From an uncultured archaeon (GTDB lineage Archaea; Aenigmatarchaeota; Aenigmatarchaeia; QMZP01): a stretch of 64,000 bases of DNA. Positions 58,038-64,000 of the stretch are shown here, one piece after another (position 1 is the stretch's first letter; every line of letters starts with the position of its first letter). A model generated the notes under the pieces. That model ran no database searches. It was given only the letters and a program-made list of their open reading frames with translations, and was not told the DNA's origin. The stretch spans positions 6,133 through 70,132 of the forward strand of contig CAZCGK010000002.1 in NCBI GenBank assembly GCA_964498245.1, read 5' to 3'. The translations under genes and the position numbers were made by a program.

Positions 58038-58321
58038 CCAAACACCACTTTCGATTCCTTTTCAATTCTTTTTATTAAATACGGGCTAATAGATGCCTTT
58101 GTAAGCAGATCTACTTTCATGTTCAATGTGTCTTCCAATTCTTGCTCTATTCCCACAAGTTCAAGCAGACTTTTCCTTTTTTCAAACTCCACAATAATAT
58201 CCAAATCACTTCTCTTAGTATGCTCACCTCGGGCATAAGAACCAAATATCTCAATTTTTTTGGCACCGTGTTTTTTTAAGATTGATACCAATTTATCTAT
58301 AATCTTATTCATCTTCTTCAC
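58034..58321 (-). CDS. mnt: MNT-family minimal nucleotidyltransferase antitoxin
   Basis: It has the GSYARGEHTKRSDLDIIV (GSx10DxD) motif and overlaps hepT by 4 nt. Confidence 0.8.
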   Translation of the reverse strand: MKKMNKIIDKLVSILKKHGAKKIEIFGSYARGEHTKRSDLDIIVEFEKRKSLLELVGIEQELEDTLNMKVDLLTKASISPYLIKRIEKESKVVFG

Positions 58322-58390
58322 CTTTTATGAACACATGGTATGTCATAATTTTCAGTTTATGTATTTTATTTCAGTTTGAAAGCTAAATAA

Positions 58391-58579
<189 letters not shown>

Positions 58580-58647
58580 TGAGGATTTTTTACCAATAAT
58601 TGCTTTTCTAATTCAAAGTTCATAACAAGTTATCCAAGCAGCCATTT

Positions 58648-59022
58648 TCAAAGCGGAATAAACTTTATCTTTTTTCCTTCAGTGCTTTCCTCATCTTCAT
58701 AATCCCAAGTTATAACAAGCAGGTTTTTGCATGCGAGCTCCTTGCTCGCTTTCAACAGGGTTTTGATTTCTCTTTTTTCAATTTCATCTCTGGCATTTGC
58801 ATGTGTGACTTGGATGAGCTGCTTAATCCTCAAACCTTCCCTAACAACAAAATCGATTTCTTTGCTCTGGTAATCTTTCCAGTAGTAAACCTCAGAAATA
58901 CCTGCAAGCTCTTTCTTTTTTAGTTCGAGGAAAACCAAGTTTTCCATGAATTTGCCCGTATCAGAAGAAAAGCTGACCAGATTTGAAGCCAGACCACTGT
59001 CATTTATATAAATCTTAGGCAT
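58648..59022 (-). pseudogene. C-terminal (DUF4143-like) fragment of an AAA-family ATPase; likely a truncated remnant
   Basis: Only the C-terminal domain of about 124 aa is present. No upstream ATPase domain is found in frame. Confidence 0.4.
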
Positions 59023-59074
59023 GGAGAGCAGTGATTTTTTATAGGAAAAATGGAATTTTCAGGGATAAATTTTC

Positions 59075-59473
59075 TCAAATTGATGACACATATCTCCTAT
59101 ACATCTCATTAACAGTTTTTTTGTTCACATATGGTCTGTGATGTCTGAAGCCTCCGGCAAAAGATTTGGGTATATGAAGAAGCTCATGAATCAGTGTTTT
59201 TGTTTTTTCCTCTTCAGAAAGCCTATCAAAACGTTCTGATATGACCTCTATTATATAGAAGGCTTGCATACTTAGAGCTTTTTGAAATATTTTCGGTAAA
59301 CTGTGACATCGTGCAATAACATATCTGCTTTTTGAACCGAAACTTCTTATGCATACCAGCCTCGAAAGATCGATGTGGTGCATTTCAAGCTTTAAAACAA
59401 TATCACGAACCTTTCTATCTATATCCCGGGCTCTTTTATACTTTATCATGGTTTTATATTCTTTGAACATCAT
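59075..59473 (-). CDS. putative zinc metallopeptidase (HExxH, YgjP/DUF45-like)
   Basis: It has the LIHELLHI motif. Confidence 0.45.
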   Translation of the reverse strand: MMFKEYKTMIKYKRARDIDRKVRDIVLKLEMHHIDLSRLVCIRSFGSKSRYVIARCHSLPKIFQKALSMQAFYIIEVISERFDRLSEEEKTKTLIHELLHIPKSFAGGFRHHRPYVNKKTVNEMYRRYVSSI

Positions 59474-59482
59474 TTAATTTTT

Positions 59483-60376
59483 ATGGAAAAAGAAATTCTG
59501 GAAAAATACAGAAAAGCCGGAAGAATCGCCGCTGAAGTCAGAAGGGAAATAGAAAAAAAGCTCAGACCCGGAGTTAGAATACTGGATCTTGCCGAAGAAA
59601 TAGAAAGAATGATTTTGGAAAAAGGAGGCAAACCAGCTTTTCCGGTTAATATATCCATAAATGAGATAACGGCTCACTATACACCCTGTATAGGAGATAC
59701 GAGAGAAATCAAAGAAGGAGATCTTGTTAAAATAGATATAGGTGTTCATGTTGATGGATATATAGGAGATATGGCATTCACATACTGTTCTGAAAAAAAC
59801 CCTCTGGTAGAAGCCAATGAAAAAATTCTCAGGGATGTTGAAAAGATCATTCGTCCCGGTGTAACCGTTGCTGAAATCGGAAAAGAAATAGAATCCTGTG
59901 CGAAAAAATACGGTGTGGGTTTAATTGTAAATCTAACAGGTCATGGACTGGAAAGATACGTGTTTCATGCAAATCCCTCCATACCGAATGTTGCAAACAA
60001 TTCTTCCTATACTCTCAGAGAAGGCGAAGTGATCGCATTAGAACCCTTCGTTGTGGAAAGTAACGGCTATGTAAAGGAATCCTCACATACAGAAATTTAC
60101 CGATACCTTCAGGATAAGCCTGTAAGACTTCCAGAAGCAAGGGAAATCCTGCGCATGGCAAGAGAAAAATACAAATCCCTGCCATTCTGCAGGAGATGGC
60201 TATGTAAATCTTTCTCACCTGTAAAGGTTTCCCTGGCATTAAAACAGCTTGAACAGGCAGGAGCAATAGAAACCTATCCCGTGCTTAGAGAGGCAAAAAA
60301 CAGACCTGTTTCCCAGGCAGAGCATACCTTTATAGTTATGGACAAACCTATTGTGACAACAAAACTCGGTGATTAG
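59483..60376 (+). CDS. map: methionine aminopeptidase, type 2 (archaeal)
   Basis: It has the EKYRKAGRIAAEV N-terminus and pita-bread fold motifs. Confidence 0.9.
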   Translation: MEKEILEKYRKAGRIAAEVRREIEKKLRPGVRILDLAEEIERMILEKGGKPAFPVNISINEITAHYTPCIGDTREIKEGDLVKIDIGVHVDGYIGDMAFTYCSEKNPLVEANEKILRDVEKIIRPGVTVAEIGKEIESCAKKYGVGLIVNLTGHGLERYVFHANPSIPNVANNSSYTLREGEVIALEPFVVESNGYVKESSHTEIYRYLQDKPVRLPEAREILRMAREKYKSLPFCRRWLCKSFSPVKVSLALKQLEQAGAIETYPVLREAKNRPVSQAEHTFIVMDKPIVTTKLGD

Positions 60377-60856
60377 ATGAGTATAACAATATGCACAGTT
60401 CTTGCTATTATGAAAGACAACAAAATTCTTTTAATAAGAAGAGAAAAAGAACCCTTCAAGGGAATGTGGGCACTTCCTGGAGGAAAACTCGAACATAGTG
60501 AACATGTAGAAGATTGTGCCTTAAGAGAATGCAAGGAGGAAACCGGGCTGAATGCAAGATTTGATAGGATATGCGGAATTGTTAATGAGCATATATTGAG
60601 CAATGGTTTAGTGGAGAATCACTTCCTACTTCTTGTATGCAAGCTTGAACCCGAACATGAAAACTACATCGAAGGAAATGAAGGTGAACTCAGATGGTTT
60701 ACCGTTGAAGAAATATTTAACATGCATGAAAAGATCGTGCCTAGTGATTTGCATATGATAAAAGATATAATTATTGAAAACAAGGGATATGTATTCAAAA
60801 GCGTTATGGAGAGAATACGGGATAACTATATACAAAGCGCATTTGAGCCGATATGA
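60377..60856 (+). CDS. NUDIX hydrolase
   Basis: It has the Nudix box GGKLEHSEHVEDCALRECKEETGL. Confidence 0.75.
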   Translation: MSITICTVLAIMKDNKILLIRREKEPFKGMWALPGGKLEHSEHVEDCALRECKEETGLNARFDRICGIVNEHILSNGLVENHFLLLVCKLEPEHENYIEGNEGELRWFTVEEIFNMHEKIVPSDLHMIKDIIIENKGYVFKSVMERIRDNYIQSAFEPI

Positions 60857-61194
60857 AATTTTCCGAAGCTGTTTACGAAATTGTGAAGAGGATTCCAAAA
60901 GGAAGAGTGAGCACGTATTCAGAAGTAGCAAAAGCAATCGGAAAACCAAAAGCTTTCCGTGCTGTGGGACAGGTTCTGAAAAGAAACAAAAACCCTGATG
61001 TTCCCTGCCACAGAGTTGTCATGTCTTCAGGCTGTTTGGGCGGCTTCAAAGGCAGGAAATCAAGCAGGGAGAAGGAAATTCTTTTGAAAGGAGAAGGTAT
61101 AAGTATTCGCGATGGCAGGGTGGATCTGAAAAAATACGGTTTCCGGTTTTCAAAAAATAAAAAAATAAAGGAGATTAATTCCAGAAGGTTATGA
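60853..61194 (+). CDS. ogt: methylated-DNA--protein-cysteine methyltransferase (C-terminal domain only)
   Basis: It has the VPCHRVV active-site motif. Confidence 0.75.
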   Translation: MKFSEAVYEIVKRIPKGRVSTYSEVAKAIGKPKAFRAVGQVLKRNKNPDVPCHRVVMSSGCLGGFKGRKSSREKEILLKGEGISIRDGRVDLKKYGFRFSKNKKIKEINSRRL

Positions 61195-61324
61195 TTTCTT
61201 CCTCGGATTCAAGCACAAACCCAAATTCCGAATAGATTGTTGAACAGTTGGGACACTGAAAAACCAGTGGATTTTTGTTCCATACTTTTCCATGCGTTCC
61301 GCACATCGGACATCTTTTGGACAT
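61175..61324 (-). CDS. small zinc-ribbon ORF (49 aa), speculative
   Basis: It has CPMCG...CPNC motifs and overlaps the 3' end of ogt antisense. Confidence 0.2.
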   Translation of the reverse strand: MSKRCPMCGTHGKVWNKNPLVFQCPNCSTIYSEFGFVLESEEEIITFWN

Positions 61325-61352
61325 AGTAAAAACCAAGGATTGTTTCATAAAT

Positions 61353-62180
61353 TTAAAGGTTTTTTATAATTTTAAATTTTTCGGAATTTAAAGCTGATCT
61401 GAAAAAAATTCGCTCAATCTCTTTCGATAAAGAGAGTGACGGTGGAGTATTTTTATCTTTTTCTTCATAAAAGGAGAGACCAAAGACCATGTTTTGAGTA
61501 TGATAAAGAAGCAATACGCGAGGCTGAAGCCATTCGTCCAGTTCGGAAATTATGTACCATGATCCTTTTTCGAGCGGATCTTTTCTTCCCATTATTTCAT
61601 TTGCAATCTCTTTATAAAAACTTGACACTTCAGGATTCTTTATTATTTCCTCACCTCCGCACATATTTGTTAATACCCTGTACAAGAGCTCTCCTGTCCG
61701 AAAGTTATCAGAATTGACGGTATATATGGTTATTAATCCAGACGGGTTTAGTTCATAATTTCTGCCCATTTCTTGGAAAGCATTAACAAGAACCTTCCTC
61801 TTTTCATCAATTTCTTTGCAGAGCGCTTCCTTTGATGATTTAAAAAAATTCACTACATCTTTCAGAGAAAGGTTGTCTTCCGCAAGCATATCTCTTGACC
61901 ACAATTTCCATTTCGGGGTCTTATCCCCTTTTTTGCCACGGACCAGAACATGGGTCTTCCGATATATGTTTTCTCTTCTTTCTTCAGGAAAGAGAAGATC
62001 AGTGCAGCAGGGATATTCAGGATTCAATTTCACATTCCATTTCTTTGCAACAACATCTGCAACATCCATTGCATCAGAATATTCTAATTCAGGAGAATCC
62101 AATAATTTACCAAGTCTAACCACAGGATAATTGTAACCCATGTTGATACTTTTGAACGAAAATTTTTTATAAATTCGCAA
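61353..62180 (-). CDS. hypothetical protein (275 aa)
   Basis: It has no recognisable motifs and occupies the position where L19e would be expected. Confidence 0.35.
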   Translation of the reverse strand: MRIYKKFSFKSINMGYNYPVVRLGKLLDSPELEYSDAMDVADVVAKKWNVKLNPEYPCCTDLLFPEERRENIYRKTHVLVRGKKGDKTPKWKLWSRDMLAEDNLSLKDVVNFFKSSKEALCKEIDEKRKVLVNAFQEMGRNYELNPSGLITIYTVNSDNFRTGELLYRVLTNMCGGEEIIKNPEVSSFYKEIANEIMGRKDPLEKGSWYIISELDEWLQPRVLLLYHTQNMVFGLSFYEEKDKNTPPSLSLSKEIERIFFRSALNSEKFKIIKNL

Positions 62181-62553
62181 TCTTTATCTTCATCTCCTCA
62201 GCTTTTTTGAGTATTTCCGTTCTCTTTTTCTTTCCCACACCTCCAGCTATTACTGCCATTTCTTTTTCCGGATCTATCTTTTCAAGATCTCTGGCATTAA
62301 ATACCCTTACTTCTCTGTATCCAAGTCTGTTCAAGCCTCTCACTTCTTTTGGAGAAGAATAGCCTACAGAAGGACGCTTTCCCCTCGCCTTTTCTCCTTT
62401 TCTTAATTTAGAGTGCCTTCCTCTAGGTCTTCTCCAGGATTCCCCAAGCCTTGAATGTTTGAAACTCTCCTGTCTCTTAAAACCCGGTTTTTTTCTTTTT
62501 AATCTTTTTCTTATCTTCAGTAAAGTGGAAAGCTTCTTCTTTATACTCATCAT
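62167..62553 (-). CDS. rpl32e: 50S ribosomal protein L32e (eL32)
   Basis: It has the GESWRRPRG...GY...VRG signature. Confidence 0.85.
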   Translation of the reverse strand: MMSIKKKLSTLLKIRKRLKRKKPGFKRQESFKHSRLGESWRRPRGRHSKLRKGEKARGKRPSVGYSSPKEVRGLNRLGYREVRVFNARDLEKIDPEKEMAVIAGGVGKKKRTEILKKAEEMKIKIANL

Positions 62554-63101
62554 CCCTCACCGTCTTCGATTGGTGTGCATTTTTGAATAAGATGAATACC
62601 GTCCTGGAAAACCCTTCTATCAAAACCTTTAACCTTAGCAGCACTTTCTATATTTGCTGCGGTTTGACCGACATGTTCCTTATTTATTCCAGTGACAACA
62701 ACCACATCCTTTTTCAACTCCACTCTAACATCATCATATATTCTTGCAGTTCTACCATCCCTTTCTCCCAAAAAGTTCTGGATAACAGCTTTGTTACCCT
62801 CCACACTGAATTTTATAGGAAAGTGAGAATAAACTATCTTTAATTTTGCCTGCCACCCCTTTGTAACACCGATCATCATGTTTTTCACATGAGCGGCCCA
62901 TGTTCCAACTATTGCTTTTATTTTTCTCCTGTTGTTTTCAGAAGAAACCACTATTTTATTATCCTTTACTTCCATTTTAACAGCATGGTGCTGAAACTTT
63001 CTTTTCAGTTCACCCTTCGGTCCTCTGACAGTTAATTCATTCCCTTCCAATTTAACCTCAACACCTTCCAGGATCGGAACCTCTTTTATCATTCCATACA
63101 C
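62550..63101 (-). CDS. rpl6: 50S ribosomal protein L6 (uL6)
   Basis: It has a two-domain L6 fold with the VPILEGVEVKLEGNELTVRGPKGEL N-terminus. Confidence 0.9.
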   Translation of the reverse strand: MYGMIKEVPILEGVEVKLEGNELTVRGPKGELKRKFQHHAVKMEVKDNKIVVSSENNRRKIKAIVGTWAAHVKNMMIGVTKGWQAKLKIVYSHFPIKFSVEGNKAVIQNFLGERDGRTARIYDDVRVELKKDVVVVTGINKEHVGQTAANIESAAKVKGFDRRVFQDGIHLIQKCTPIEDGEG

Positions 63102-63236
63102 CCAGTATTATCAAATGAAAGCCCTTCGGGGTCTGAATAGTTAATTAAAGGCAATAGATATTTAAATGTTCTTCAAGTATTGAAAATAAAAGCATGCTAA
63201 GGAATAATTATATAAACTCGACTTCAAATTTTCCAT

Positions 63237-64000
63237 ATGATACGTCTCAATTTTCATCCAGAAAGGGGAATTTGGTGTGAAGACAGACAGAGCCTTGATA
63301 AATTAAGAAAAAACTTTTTTGGAATAGAGAGAGGCGGAAAGATTTTTCTCTATCCAGAAGAAACACTTTATATTTTAAATTTCATGAACGGTGTATGCAT
63401 CTACAAAAACAGAAAAATGAGCTTTAGCGATCTGGCCACATTTTTTTCAAAGGAAGATCCGAGACTTTTTATACATTACAATGCCTTCAGAGACTGGAGG
63501 GATAGAGGACTTATAATAAAAAGAATAGATTCCGTTCAGGTTGAGCCTAAAAAAAGGAAAAAAGAGAAAAAATATCCGGCAAAAAGCATCGAAAAAGTGG
63601 AAATAAAAGCAAAGGCTTACTGGTATCCGAAATCAATGTTTTCTATTATAGATGATAAACAGACAGGAAAAAGATTGTTTCAAAACTACTGGTTTGGACA
63701 GTATGGTGTGTACAAACAGGACAGAGGAGACCTTTTGAAGCTGGATTTTTTCGAAACTGTGTTTTTAGCAAAGCATTTCGGGATGAAGGTGATAAATACA
63801 AACACAGGAAAAGAAATAAGCTGGGAGGAAGTATTCAGAAGTGTGGTGAAAGAGAGAGACTATGCAAAACAACACTACAATGTTTATGAGGATTGGAGGC
63901 TGAAGGGGTACGTAGTGAAAACAGGCTTCAAGTTCGGATCGCATTTCAGAATATATTTTCCCGGTGCATCACCTGGAAGAACCGGTGAAAAATGGATACA
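63237..64000 (+). CDS. endA: tRNA-splicing endonuclease (EndA), partial at the window end; catalytic domain after about residue 230
   Basis: It has the catalytic signature GYVVKTGFKFGSHFRIYFPG near the 3' end of the window. The long N-terminal region suggests a duplicated or multi-unit form. Confidence 0.7.
   Translation, partial: MIRLNFHPERGIWCEDRQSLDKLRKNFFGIERGGKIFLYPEETLYILNFMNGVCIYKNRKMSFSDLATFFSKEDPRLFIHYNAFRDWRDRGLIIKRIDSVQVEPKKRKKEKKYPAKSIEKVEIKAKAYWYPKSMFSIIDDKQTGKRLFQNYWFGQYGVYKQDRGDLLKLDFFETVFLAKHFGMKVINTNTGKEISWEEVFRSVVKERDYAKQHYNVYEDWRLKGYVVKTGFKFGSHFRIYFPGASPGRTGEKWI

Overview
This 64 kb window is AT-rich DNA from an archaeon. The markers are aIF5B, Kae1, SAMP/NcsA, Pth2, prefoldin, eL32/L18e/uL6, archaeosortase, class-III-signal pilins, EndA and intron-containing tRNAs. 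It may be a DPANN-like or otherwise reduced lineage, since the ribosomal gene clusters are fragmented.

The window has three parts.

(1) 1-10.3 kb is an accessory cluster built around four radical-SAM/SPASM enzymes. One of them sits directly upstream of a small secreted peptide whose predicted mature region is rich in His-Xaa-Ser triplets, making this a candidate HxsA/HxsB-type RiPP system that appears undescribed for archaea. The other three rSAM/SPASM genes are translationally coupled in one operon with two glycosyltransferases and a deacetylase-like gene. A DegT aminotransferase and a Cys-rich membrane protein lie alongside. The operon is transcribed divergently from a 1110-aa Cys-rich surface protein.

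(2) 10.3-26.5 kb is a cell-surface island. It holds seven secreted or membrane-anchored proteins, including a 1707-aa parallel beta-helix protein dense in N-glycosylation sequons. MinD/ParA, archaeal-ATPase and UDP-GlcNAc biosynthesis genes (glmS and a glmU-like gene) follow.

(3) 33-64 kb is a housekeeping region. It carries ribosomal proteins (S10, S9, L13, L18e, L4, L23, L2, S19, L22, S3, L29, L32e, L6), SUI1, aIF5B, SerRS, MetAP, Kae1, a SAMP+NcsA tRNA thiolation pair, NFACT, pilins and a partial EndA. A remarkable tRNA cluster sits at 40.3-41.4 kb: Leu CAA, Leu TAG, a Glu-like gene, Val GAC, Val CAC and Ser CGA. Its members carry multiple non-canonical introns, at the 59/60 T-loop position, in the variable arm, and in the D-loop of a separate tRNA-Met. 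A HepT/MNT toxin-antitoxin cassette is flanked by a perfect 164-bp duplication of the serS 3' end. A GC-rich structured ncRNA candidate lies at 38.3-38.6 kb. All calls rest on reading motifs in the supplied translations and nucleotide sequence; no database searches were run.
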